Origin: Chthoniobacterales bacterium
GTDB lineage: Bacteria; Verrucomicrobiota; Verrucomicrobiia; Chthoniobacterales; UBA10450
Direction of reading: 5' to 3'
NCBI GenBank assembly: GCA_013694595.1
Contig: JACDCC010000225.1
Coordinates: 18,880 to 82,879 of the forward strand
DNA: 64,000 nt
A program made the translations under genes and the position numbers. Of this stretch, positions 41,324 through 49,536 are shown piece by piece (position 1 is the first letter of the stretch; every line of letters begins with the position of its first letter). The notes beneath the pieces are model-generated. The model had not been told where the DNA came from, did not search any database, and saw only the letters and a program-made list of their open reading frames with translations.

Positions 41324-42280
41324 TCAGGAATAGATCGGCGTGCCGCCTTCGCGCACCAACTCACGGAATCGCGCGATCATCCGCGTGCTGATTGCGCCAG
41401 GTTTTCCGGTGCCAATCACCCGCCCGTCGGCCTTGATCACCGGGATTACCTCCGCCGCCGTGCCGGTGAGGAAACACTCGTCCGCCACGAACACGTCGTG
41501 CCGTGTGATGTCCGTTTCCGTGATGCGGATCCCCAGCTCCGCCGCGATGTCGAATGCGACGGACCGCGTGATTCCGCGCAGCGCACCCGCGCTGATCGGT
41601 GGCGTGAAAATCTGCCCTTTCTTGATGATGAAAACGTTGTCCGCCGTGCATTCCGCCACGTTCCCCGCATCGTTCAACATCAGCGCCTCGTCCGCGCCCG
41701 CGAGGTTCGCCTCGATTCGCGCCATCACGTTGTTCAGGTAATTGAGCGACTTCACCGCGGGATTCAGGGCCGCTGCGTTCGTCCGCCGCGTGGCGCAGGT
41801 CACGATCGTGAGGCCATTACGATAAACCTCTTCGGGATAAAGCGCGATCGTCGCCGCGATGATGATGATGCTCGGGCGCTTACACTGCGCCGGATTTAAT
41901 CCCAGATTGCCAACGCCGCGCGTGACGATCTGCCGGATGTAACCGTCACGCAGTCCATTTTGCCGGATCGTCGCCAGCAGTGCTTCAGTCATCTCCTCGC
42001 GGCTCACCGGAATTTCGAGGCAGATCGAGCGGGCGGAATCCCAAAGACGGTCGAGATGCTCCTCCAGCCGAAAGACGCGGCCGTTGTAGAACCGGATCCC
42101 TTCAAAAATTCCATCGCCATAGAGAAGGCCGTGATCGAAGACGGAAACCTTCGCTTCGGACTCCGGCAGAAACTCGCCGTCGAGGTAGATGGTCAATTCC
42201 TTCTTCTGCGTAACCGATCCGCCGCCGGCACTCTCATCGGCTGGTTTGACTGCGGCACCGCGAGTTTGCGGCTCATCCAT
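41324..42280 (-). CDS. ilvE: Branched-chain amino acid aminotransferase (fold type IV)
   Basis: VSVFDHGLLYGDGIFEGIRFYNGRVFRLEEHLDRL and EVIPV...DGR pattern. Start ATG 42280 inside track ORF 41324..42331. Confidence 0.88.
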   Translation of the reverse strand: MDEPQTRGAAVKPADESAGGGSVTQKKELTIYLDGEFLPESEAKVSVFDHGLLYGDGIFEGIRFYNGRVFRLEEHLDRLWDSARSICLEIPVSREEMTEALLATIRQNGLRDGYIRQIVTRGVGNLGLNPAQCKRPSIIIIAATIALYPEEVYRNGLTIVTCATRRTNAAALNPAVKSLNYLNNVMARIEANLAGADEALMLNDAGNVAECTADNVFIIKKGQIFTPPISAGALRGITRSVAFDIAAELGIRITETDITRHDVFVADECFLTGTAAEVIPVIKADGRVIGTGKPGAISTRMIARFRELVREGGTPIYS

Positions 42281-42403
42281 TACAGTTGTGTTTGGCACGC
42301 GAAAAGGTCGGCTCTTAAGGAGGCAATTCAAGCAGCAAATCGGCAGTGACTACCGACTTCCCCACTCGTCCTGTCATCTCCACCTGAGGCGAAGCGCACC
42401 CTT

Positions 42404-42495
42404 GTCATCTCGACCGCAGCGCAGCGCAGTGGAGAGATCCCGGGGCGTGACCCACCGGTTCCGCCACGGGATCTCTCGACTTCGCTCGAGATGAC
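42404..42495. repeat. Palindromic intergenic element, family 3 (copy 1 of 3)
   Basis: GTCATCTCGACCGCAGCGCAGCGCAGTGGAGAGATCCC ... GGGATCTCTCGACTTCGCTCGAGATGAC. A partial extra arm (GTCATCTCCACCTGAGGCGAAGCG) lies just upstream at ~42373-42396. Other copies are at 51015..51107 and 55005..55095. Confidence 0.85.
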
Positions 42496-42505
42496 AAAAC
42501 AGTGG

Positions 42506-43171
42506 CTACGCCAACATTCCATCCACCATCTGCAACTCTCGATCGCCACGCACCGCGAGTCGATTGTCATGCGTCACAACCAGCAACGTCTTCTGGCGGT
42601 CTCGCGCCAGGTTCAACAGCAGATCGACGATCGTGTCACCGGTCTTGGAATCGAGATTGCCGGTCGGCTCATCGGCGAAGATGATATCGGGATCGTTCGT
42701 GAGGGCGCGGGCAATCGCCACGCGCTGCTGCTCGCCCCCCGACAGCTCTGCCGGCAAGTGATTCATCCGTTCGCCCAGCCCGACATCGCGCAGACTGGCT
42801 TCCGCCGCGCCGCGATCAGGCCGGCCGCCGATCATTCCCGGTAGCGTCACATTCTCCATCGCGGTGAGCTCCGGCAGCAGGAAATAGCCTTGAAAAACAA
42901 AACCCATTTTCTCGTTGCGCAGCTTCGCCTGCGACGCGGCGTTGCCGGTGTAAAGGCGACGCCCTTCAAATTCGACCGTGCCGGCTTCCGGTCGCTCCAA
43001 ACCCGCCAGCGTGTAGAGCAACGTCGTTTTGCCAGCGCCAGATGCTCCGACGAGAAACACTGCCTCGCCGCGCTGCACTTCCAGAGAAACACCGCGCAGC
43101 ACTTCGATGCGGCGATTGCCGATGCGAAACGAGCGGCGCAGGTCCTGCGCGACGAGCTGCGGCGATGTCAT
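42506..43171 (-). CDS. ABC transporter ATP-binding protein, LolD/MacB-type
   Basis: Walker A GASGAGKTT, signature LSGGEQQRVAIARAL, Walker B IIFADEPTGNLD. No partner permease is adjacent. Confidence 0.8.
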   Translation of the reverse strand: MTSPQLVAQDLRRSFRIGNRRIEVLRGVSLEVQRGEAVFLVGASGAGKTTLLYTLAGLERPEAGTVEFEGRRLYTGNAASQAKLRNEKMGFVFQGYFLLPELTAMENVTLPGMIGGRPDRGAAEASLRDVGLGERMNHLPAELSGGEQQRVAIARALTNDPDIIFADEPTGNLDSKTGDTIVDLLLNLARDRQKTLLVVTHDNRLAVRGDRELQMVDGMLA

Positions 43172-43218
43172 GCGCGCAGCATTCGCCTAATCCCGCCGCG
43201 TTCGCAATTCGGAGGGGT

Positions 43219-43256
43219 ACAAAAGAAACCGCGCGAAGGATCGCTCCTCCGCGCGG
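43219..43256 (-). terminator. Rho-independent terminator downstream of the 43283..44095 gene
   Basis: The minus strand reads CCGCGCG-gaggagcgatcctt-CGCGCGG followed by TTTCTTTTG (forward AAAAGAAA at 43221-43228). Confidence 0.6.
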
Positions 43257-43282
43257 CTTGCAGTTTCTGAATCAAACAGCGG

Positions 43283-44095
43283 TTAGACCACTCCGAGAGC
43301 GGCCAGCGTCGGCCCGTCAATCCGGCGGGTCACACGGAGACCGTTATCGCGCTGGAAGCGGGTCAATGCTGCACGCGTCATCGGCCCGATCAGGCCGTCG
43401 ATTGCACCGCGGTAGTAACCCATCCGGCGCAGCTCTCGCTGCACGCTGATGAGAACCCGGCCTGGCTCCATCTGATTGTAGCCGTAGATCGGCTCATCGT
43501 AGCGATAGGTGCTGTAGGCGGGATCGTATCCATAGGCTGGATACCAGTAGCCGCGATCCCAGTAGTAGTAGCCGCCACCGAAGAGCGCGAAGCGGCTGTA
43601 GTTGCTGCGCCACCAGTTCCGGTCGCGACGATCACGGCGATGGTACCGCTGGGCCTCGTCGTACGACCACGAATGCGCGCGCGGTCCGCGACGATCGAGG
43701 TTGCGCGAGCGGATATCGCGGCGCACGACCTGCGTATTCACTTCCGCGTTCACCTGCGGGGCAGCTGCTGGCTGCACCTCGGCGTTGAACCGCGGGGCAG
43801 ACCCTGGTTGCGTTTCGGTGCGAACGCGCGGCGCAGGCATGGGCTGAACCTCGGCAGTCTGCTGCACAACCGGTGCGGGCTGCGCATTTGGAGCCGGCTG
43901 CACGTCAACCGAGCGCCGGTCCCGGCGAGATTCGCGCCCTTGCCTCTTCTCTTGCCGTTCAGCTTTGCGTTCTGCTTTCGCCGCCTTCCTCAGCGCGCGT
44001 TCCTCTTCGTTCTCTGCTTGATCGTCGTCCTGCCCGAATGCCAGCATCGGCGCCACGAGCGCGAGACAGATTGTTACTGCGAATGTTCGTTTCAT
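43283..44095 (-). CDS. Secreted protein with an aromatic-rich module and C-terminal peptidoglycan-binding (PG_binding_1-like) domain
   Basis: Signal peptide MKRTFAVTICLALVAPMLAFG. Charged low-complexity region. WWRSNYSRFALFGGGYYYWDRGYWYPAYGYDPAYSTYRYDEPIYGY. C-terminal VQRELRRMGYYRGAIDGLIGPMTRAALTRFQRDNGL. Confidence 0.7.
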   Translation of the reverse strand: MKRTFAVTICLALVAPMLAFGQDDDQAENEEERALRKAAKAERKAERQEKRQGRESRRDRRSVDVQPAPNAQPAPVVQQTAEVQPMPAPRVRTETQPGSAPRFNAEVQPAAAPQVNAEVNTQVVRRDIRSRNLDRRGPRAHSWSYDEAQRYHRRDRRDRNWWRSNYSRFALFGGGYYYWDRGYWYPAYGYDPAYSTYRYDEPIYGYNQMEPGRVLISVQRELRRMGYYRGAIDGLIGPMTRAALTRFQRDNGLRVTRRIDGPTLAALGVV

Positions 44096-44150
44096 AGTTT
44101 GTGTGTTTTTTTTCGTTAGACCCAGGTGCGGCTGCGTTTATTCAGCGCAG

Positions 44151-45230
44151 CTAGCGAAGTTCAAATGAGTTCAGTGTCTCCTCGTCGATCTCGCCGGTCA
44201 TCGGCAGGCCCACATCGGCCTGATAATTCATAAGTGCCTGCCGCGTCGCCGGTCCAAACGAACCATCGACGGCTCCCCGGTAATAGCCGCGCCTCTGCAG
44301 TTCTGCCTGAACACGGCCGATCACCTGCGCGGGAGACAAGCCGTCGTACGAGTAGAGCGGGGCATCATACGTGTAGGTGCTGTAGTACGGGTCATAGCCG
44401 TAGGCCGGATACCAGTACCCGCGGTTCCAGTAGTAGTAGCCGCCACCGAAAAGCACGAAGCGGCTGTAATTCCGCCGCCACCAATCGCGGTTGTAGTGCT
44501 GGCGGTGATAACGCCGATGTTTGTCGGCGAAGTCAGGATCGCCTTCGTGGCGCTCGTGCCAATCGCGGTGCCGCTCGCGCCGGCCGCCGCTCCTGTGTTC
44601 GTTGCGCACCTGCGTGTCGCCCTGGCCGGTTTGCGCCTGCTGGTTCTGCAAAGCACCGTCCACTGTGGGGGCCTGGTTCTGCAGAGCACCGTCCATGACG
44701 GGCGTGGTTGGGTTCTGCAGAGCGCCGTCCACGGCGGGCGTGGTCTGGTTCTGCAGGTTGCCGGTGCGACCATCGCGCGTCTGCCAATTGCGATTACGTC
44801 CGCCGCGATCATTTTCTCCGCGACGACCCGTGCGCGGCTCGAACCGCTCACGCCGCGACGTGCGGTCGATCGTCGCCGCGGTATTCGTCGCCACCGGTGG
44901 CGTGAAAACAGGCTGCTGAACGGCTGGGGCGGCAGTCATCCTCGGGCCGAGACGCGGTCCGACGCTCACATCGGAATCCATTCCGCCCGCGGGGCCCATG
45001 CCGGGCTGCCGGTTGAATGCTCGCGCTTGCGGCGCACGCGCGATCTGCCGCTGCGCTTGAGGCATCGGAGCCCTCCGGGCCTGCGGGGCGACCGGGCGCG
45101 AACGCGCGGCCATGCGCGCGACCGCAGCGTCGTAGCGCGCTTGTTGGCGCGCGCCGCGATCACGGTCCGCAGCAGTCGCGGCAGCAGCGAGCGCGAAGGA
45201 AATCACAAGAACAAGGGAAGCGTGTTTCAT
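44151..45230 (-). CDS. Paralogue of the preceding gene (aromatic-rich module plus PG-binding domain)
   Basis: Signal peptide MKHASLVLVISFALAAAATA from ATG 45230. WWRRNYSRFVLFGGGYYYWNRGYWYPAYGYDPYYSTYTYDAPLYSY. VQAELQRRGYYRGAVDGSFGPATRQALMNYQADVGL. Confidence 0.7.
   Translation of the reverse strand: MKHASLVLVISFALAAAATAADRDRGARQQARYDAAVARMAARSRPVAPQARRAPMPQAQRQIARAPQARAFNRQPGMGPAGGMDSDVSVGPRLGPRMTAAPAVQQPVFTPPVATNTAATIDRTSRRERFEPRTGRRGENDRGGRNRNWQTRDGRTGNLQNQTTPAVDGALQNPTTPVMDGALQNQAPTVDGALQNQQAQTGQGDTQVRNEHRSGGRRERHRDWHERHEGDPDFADKHRRYHRQHYNRDWWRRNYSRFVLFGGGYYYWNRGYWYPAYGYDPYYSTYTYDAPLYSYDGLSPAQVIGRVQAELQRRGYYRGAVDGSFGPATRQALMNYQADVGLPMTGEIDEETLNSFELR
44639..44756 (-). repeat. About three and a third tandem ~36-bp coding repeats (VDGALQNQ motif)
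   Basis: The forward strand shows reiterated CTGGTTCTGCA(A/G)AGC(A/G)CCGTCCA(C/T)... units. They encode TTPAVDGALQN / PTTPVMDGALQNQ / APTVDGALQNQ. Confidence 0.75.
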
Positions 45231-45333
45231 AGAGGTGTTGCGGGTTAGACAATCCGGCTCGCGTCGGATATTCAACCACGCGACAGCCAACTAGTTGCGC
45301 TCCGCGCCGTGCGATGTCGCACCGCAGCACCGT

Positions 45334-45789
45334 TCAAGCACGTGCTGCGTTCTGCCGCACTGCTTCGAACAACACCACCGCAACGGCCGTAGCGAGATTC
45401 AGACTGCGCGTGCCGTGCATCGGAATCGTGAGCAGCCGGTTGCGGTTCGCGGCAAGCAGCGATTCCGGCAGCCCTTTCGTCTCGCGACCGAAGACCAGAA
45501 AGTCGTTCGTTTGAAAAGATTCCGCATAGTAAGGCCGTGACGTTTTCGTGGTGAGGAAGAAGTAACGCGCCTCTGCCGGCTGCGCGTGCACGAGCTCTGC
45601 AAACGAAGGCCAGAGCTGCACATCGACTTCCTTCCAATAGTCGAGGCCGGCGCGCTGCAGCTGTCGATCATCGATGTCGAAGCCAAGCGGCTGCACCAGA
45701 TGCAGCTTCGAACGCGTGGCGAGACATAGTCGTCCGATGTTCCCGGTATTCGGTGGAATCTCCGGCTCGACGAGGACGACGTTGAACAT
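45334..45789 (-). CDS. trmL: tRNA (cytidine/uridine-2'-O-)-methyltransferase TrmL (SpoU/TrmH family)
   Basis: MFNVVLVEPEIPPNTGNIGRLC...LVFGRETKGLP...IPMHGTRSLNLATAVAV. 151 aa. Confidence 0.88.
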   Translation of the reverse strand: MFNVVLVEPEIPPNTGNIGRLCLATRSKLHLVQPLGFDIDDRQLQRAGLDYWKEVDVQLWPSFAELVHAQPAEARYFFLTTKTSRPYYAESFQTNDFLVFGRETKGLPESLLAANRNRLLTIPMHGTRSLNLATAVAVVLFEAVRQNAARA

Positions 45790-45815
45790 CCGTCCCGAAA
45801 AGAATGCGCGTGCGG

Positions 45816-46817
45816 CTACGGGTTGATCTTCGCCGCGACGTATTTCTCGAGCTTCACAATGTCGGCCGCAAACTTGCGGATGCCTTCGGCTGTTTTCTCT
45901 GTCGCCATCGCATCTTCGTTGAGCAACCAGCGGAACGTTTTCTCATTCGGCTCGATCCGCTTCACGTCTGCCTGCTTCGCCTTTTCCGGCACAAGTTTTC
46001 GCTCCACGGGATCGTGCGATTCCGCGAGCTTCGCCATCAAGTCCGGGCTGATCGTCAGCAAATCACAACCAGCAAGCTCGATGATCTCGCCGGTATTGCG
46101 GAAGCTGGCGCCCATCACTTCGGTGTCGTGACCAAACTTCTTGTAATAGGTGTAAATCTCCTGCACCGACTGCACGCCCGGATCTTCCGCCCCGACGTAA
46201 TCGCGTTTGTTGGCCGCTTTGAACCAATCGTAGATGCGACCGACAAACGGCGAAATCAGCTGCACCTTCGCCTCCGCACAACGCACCGCCTGCACCAGAG
46301 AAAACAGCAGCGTCATGTTGCATTTGATCCCGTCGCGCTGCAGCTGCTCGGCCGCCATGATCCCTTCCCAGGTCGAGGCGATCTTGATCAGCACGCGCTC
46401 GCGGCCGATTCCTTTCGCATCGTAAAGCGCAATCAACTGCCGCGCTTTGTTGATCGTTCCGTCAATGTCGAACGACAGCCGCGCATCGGTCTCGGTCGAC
46501 ACACGGCCCGGCACGATCTGCAAAATCTCGGCGCCAAACGAAACCAGCAGATGATCGATCGCGTCCTCAATCTGCGCAGCGCCGGTGAGGCCGGCGTTCT
46601 TCCGATCCTTCAGCACCGCTTCGAGGAGGTGGCCGTATGCCTCCTTCTGCGCAGCAGCGAAAATCAGGCTCGGGTTGGTGGTCGCGTCCTGAGGTTTGAA
46701 GTCGCGGATGGTTTCGAAATCACCCGTGTCGGCGACTACTTTCGTGAACTTCTTGAGCTGCTCGAGCTGGTTGAGTTTGGTTCCGGCTTCCTGCGCTGCA
46801 ATTGTGGCTGTGCTCAT
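45816..46817 (-). CDS. tal: Transaldolase
   Basis: [59 protein letters not shown] (Schiff-base Lys region). ATG 46817 is preceded by GGAGGA. Confidence 0.92.
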   Translation of the reverse strand: MSTATIAAQEAGTKLNQLEQLKKFTKVVADTGDFETIRDFKPQDATTNPSLIFAAAQKEAYGHLLEAVLKDRKNAGLTGAAQIEDAIDHLLVSFGAEILQIVPGRVSTETDARLSFDIDGTINKARQLIALYDAKGIGRERVLIKIASTWEGIMAAEQLQRDGIKCNMTLLFSLVQAVRCAEAKVQLISPFVGRIYDWFKAANKRDYVGAEDPGVQSVQEIYTYYKKFGHDTEVMGASFRNTGEIIELAGCDLLTISPDLMAKLAESHDPVERKLVPEKAKQADVKRIEPNEKTFRWLLNEDAMATEKTAEGIRKFAADIVKLEKYVAAKINP

Positions 46818-46958
46818 AAGTTCCTCCGGTGCCGAAAGCGACGCGCTTCCGGCTCTCACCGTAGGCTGCACCGTTTCCGTTCACAATCCTAAACTCCCGA
46901 GCGGAGACGAGATATCTGTGCACTCCGGCACGCTTTTGATGTACACCAACGCCTCGAA

Positions 46959-48230
46959 ATGAATCCGTCTCAGGCCAGCGTTATTATCACCACCACTGAC
47001 GGAAACGCGCTGACGGAACTCTGCGGCATCTCGATGCTTGATCGGCTCCTCAGGATCTTGCAGCGGCTCGGCGTGGGCGAAGCGGCGATCGTGACAACAG
47101 ACGTCCGTTTGATCGCTGAACACCTGGCAAAACGTTCATGGGCACGCTCCGAAATCGGCGTCACGATTTGCGCTTCCTGTGAATCGCCGCCGGCAGCGAG
47201 AACGCTTGTCATTGCAGCTGCGTATCACGACAGCCGTCTACTGGGCGCGTTGCTGGAACAAACCAGGACAACCGTTCTGGTCGACTCGGCTCCTCCGTCA
47301 GCGATGCAGTCGTTGCTTGAACCAGCGGCGCACGATCAGCTCGGATACTTCTGCGGCGCCGCAATGGTGGAAGCGGAATGGCTCACGCGCGCAGCGGACC
47401 TGCAGGACCTGTTCGATCGACTCGGCGCCACGGCAGGTCGCGGTGAGGTCGCACTGCTCGACGTTGATCGGCAGCCGGCGTACGTCGTGGCGCTGCGGCG
47501 CATCATTCGACCGCTCTGGTTTCCGACTCCCAAGCCCGAGCAGGTAGGACGAGCCGAACGTCTGATCCTCGATTCCGCACAGAACGGCACGCTGGATCTG
47601 CCGGCGAAACTCCACGGCCCGATCGAAACCTGGATCATCGCGCGGCTCTGCCGGACGGCGATCACCCCGATGCGGATTACATTGTTCACGGCGGCAGTCT
47701 CCGTGGTGGTGACGCTGTTATTCGCCTCCGGCCAGCTCGTAGCTGGAACACTGCTCGCCCTCGCCGTCGGCATTCTTGACGGGCTGGACGGCAAACAAGC
47801 GCGCGTGAAAGTCGAGACGACGCAGCTCGGCAAACGCGAGCACGTGCTCGATTACGTGCTCGAGCTGTCGTGGTGGATGGCGCTCGCGTTTCACTTCACT
47901 GCTTCCGCACAGGTGCAGAATGCCTACGCCTTTCTCGCGTTGCTCGCCGGCTCGGATGTGGTCGATCGCCTCGCAAAGAAACAGGCGAAACACGTCACCG
48001 GCCGCAACCTCGACGACGTCGCGCCGATCGATCGCTTCGTGCGGCTCATCGGCGGTCGCCGCAACATCTACATCTGGATCTTTGCTACGGGCTTAGTGCT
48101 TGGCGCTCCCGACAAGGCTTTCATCGCTCTTTGCTGCTGGGGCGCTCTGACTGCTGCCGTTCACAGCTGTCGAACCCTTCGGCTCAGCCGCCACCTCCGG
48201 GGCGCGCGGAGCAAAGGCGCTGCGCATTAA
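46959..48230 (+). CDS. Fusion protein: N-terminal ~200-aa soluble domain of uncertain function plus C-terminal CDP-alcohol phosphatidyltransferase-family membrane domain
   Basis: The C-terminal half has several hydrophobic helices and LDGLDGKQARVKVETTQLGKREHVLDYVLE. The D-x2-DG-x2-AR-x8-G part of the CDP-alcohol transferase motif is perfect, but the distal acidic pair is displaced (G-x6-D-x3-E instead of G-x3-D-x3-D). The N-terminal VIITTTDGNALTELCGISMLDRLL only weakly resembles a nucleotidyltransferase start and lacks G-x-G-x-R. Confidence 0.6.
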   Translation: MNPSQASVIITTTDGNALTELCGISMLDRLLRILQRLGVGEAAIVTTDVRLIAEHLAKRSWARSEIGVTICASCESPPAARTLVIAAAYHDSRLLGALLEQTRTTVLVDSAPPSAMQSLLEPAAHDQLGYFCGAAMVEAEWLTRAADLQDLFDRLGATAGRGEVALLDVDRQPAYVVALRRIIRPLWFPTPKPEQVGRAERLILDSAQNGTLDLPAKLHGPIETWIIARLCRTAITPMRITLFTAAVSVVVTLLFASGQLVAGTLLALAVGILDGLDGKQARVKVETTQLGKREHVLDYVLELSWWMALAFHFTASAQVQNAYAFLALLAGSDVVDRLAKKQAKHVTGRNLDDVAPIDRFVRLIGGRRNIYIWIFATGLVLGAPDKAFIALCCWGALTAAVHSCRTLRLSRHLRGARSKGAAH

Positions 48231-49229
48231 CGCCGGGACGCGTTTCGCGCGAGCGACGATCTCTTTGCCGACAACTTTCGCGGGGTTCTCCACCAGCAGC
48301 GAGGTGCTGACGGCGCAATACACCCCGCACCCAGCCTGGCAGGGCTTCTTGCGATAATTCGCGAAGAGATCGTCGAGCGTGATGTCCATGATGTGCTTCT
48401 CGGTTTTCACCATGCTGCACTCCCAGAATTTTCCCTGCGCGGAGACGAAGAAGAGCTTGTAACCAGCCATGCATGTCCAATCCGTCGGGGTGCCGTTCAG
48501 CAGGCTGAGCTGGTAATCGAGCACGGCTTCGTTCGTGTGAATTTTCTCACCGCCCCGCTTCCGCACGATCATCCATTCGATAAAATTCTTGAGCGCTTCG
48601 GGCGAACCGCGCTGCACGCGGTAGAAGCTTGTCGGATCGGCGTGGACGAGGCGAACTTCTGTGGGAATGCCGCGCGCCAGTCCCGTCTCGAGCACCGCCG
48701 TCGATTCCGGCAGCGTGTCGTGACAGAGCACACCGGTGATGTGGAGGCTCACCTTGGAGTCTTTGAAGTAGTCGAGCTTCGGCAGGATCGTCTTGAAAGT
48801 CTTTTTCGTGATCGGGCTCGGCGTCATCCGGTCCACGCTGATCTGCATCACCTGCAAGCCGGCTTCTTCGAGCGCCTGCAATTTCGCCTTCGTCAAGAGA
48901 AAGCCGTTTGTCGTCAGGCTGGTGGCGAATCCGACTTCGCGGCAATAGCGCACCAGCTCGACGATGTCGGGGTGGGTCAGCGGCTCACCGCCCACGAGCG
49001 CGATCCGCATCGTGCCGAGCTCGCGGATTTTATCGACCCACTTCTTCAGGTCGCTGAGGCTCGGGTGCGGCTGACTGTTATCGTACTCCGTGCAATAACT
49101 GCAATCGAGGTTGCAGCGATCGGTTACGTAGAGGCTGCACTGGAGCGGTTTCCGGTCGTAGAGTCGGCGCGCCGATTCGAGAATGTTGTAACCGGAGAAC
49201 TCGCGGCTGACTTGATCGAGAAGTTTCAT
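48093..49229 (-). CDS. Radical SAM enzyme with SPASM/twitch-like C-terminal auxiliary-cluster domain
   Basis: CNLDCSYC (CxxxCxxC), VGGEPL. C-terminal C-x12-G-x4-C (CMAGYKLFFVSAQGKFWEC) followed by CQAGCGVYC. Start ATG 49229 (MKLLDQV) or GTG 49289. The 3' end overlaps the convergent gene by 138 nt. Confidence 0.8.
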   Translation of the reverse strand: MKLLDQVSREFSGYNILESARRLYDRKPLQCSLYVTDRCNLDCSYCTEYDNSQPHPSLSDLKKWVDKIRELGTMRIALVGGEPLTHPDIVELVRYCREVGFATSLTTNGFLLTKAKLQALEEAGLQVMQISVDRMTPSPITKKTFKTILPKLDYFKDSKVSLHITGVLCHDTLPESTAVLETGLARGIPTEVRLVHADPTSFYRVQRGSPEALKNFIEWMIVRKRGGEKIHTNEAVLDYQLSLLNGTPTDWTCMAGYKLFFVSAQGKFWECSMVKTEKHIMDITLDDLFANYRKKPCQAGCGVYCAVSTSLLVENPAKVVGKEIVARAKRVPALMRSAFAPRAPEVAAEPKGSTAVNGSSQSAPAAKSDESLVGSAKH

Positions 49230-49427
49230 GGGGAGAAGCCGCGAAGGGCGGAGTGTAGATGCTGGGGTGGAGCGTGTAAAGCGCGCCACCCGTAAAGCGG
49301 CAGCGACCCGGCAGGTGCGCGCGTGCAGTTCCTTGCCGGACCGGACCTCGTCGCGCGGCTAGAGCGTGTCATGCACTTTGTTCGGCTGACGTCGTCGCGT
49401 GCGAGGGAAGTGGGCGGCGGTCAGCCT

Positions 49428-49500
49428 GGTAGGGCGAGACTCCCGTCGAGCCTGAGAGTTGCGATGTTTCCACCCAGGCTCGACGGAGTCTCGCCCTACC
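49428..49500. repeat. Palindromic intergenic element, family 2 (copy 2 of 2)
   Basis: GGTAGGGCGAGACTCCCGTCGAGCCTG ... CAGGCTCGACGGAGTCTCGCCCTACC with a centre containing GAGTTGCGATGT. It is nested inside a 20-bp perfect inverted repeat (49361-49380 / 49519-49538). Confidence 0.88.
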
Positions 49501-49536
49501 AAACGTCGAGCTGTCCCTCAAAGTGCATGACACGCT

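Noticed and set aside
44096-44150. Hairpin GCTGCG-n8-CGCAGC between the two PG-binding paralogues as a terminator.
   Set aside because: The stem is only 6 bp. On the coding (minus) strand it is followed by an A-rich rather than a T-rich tract.
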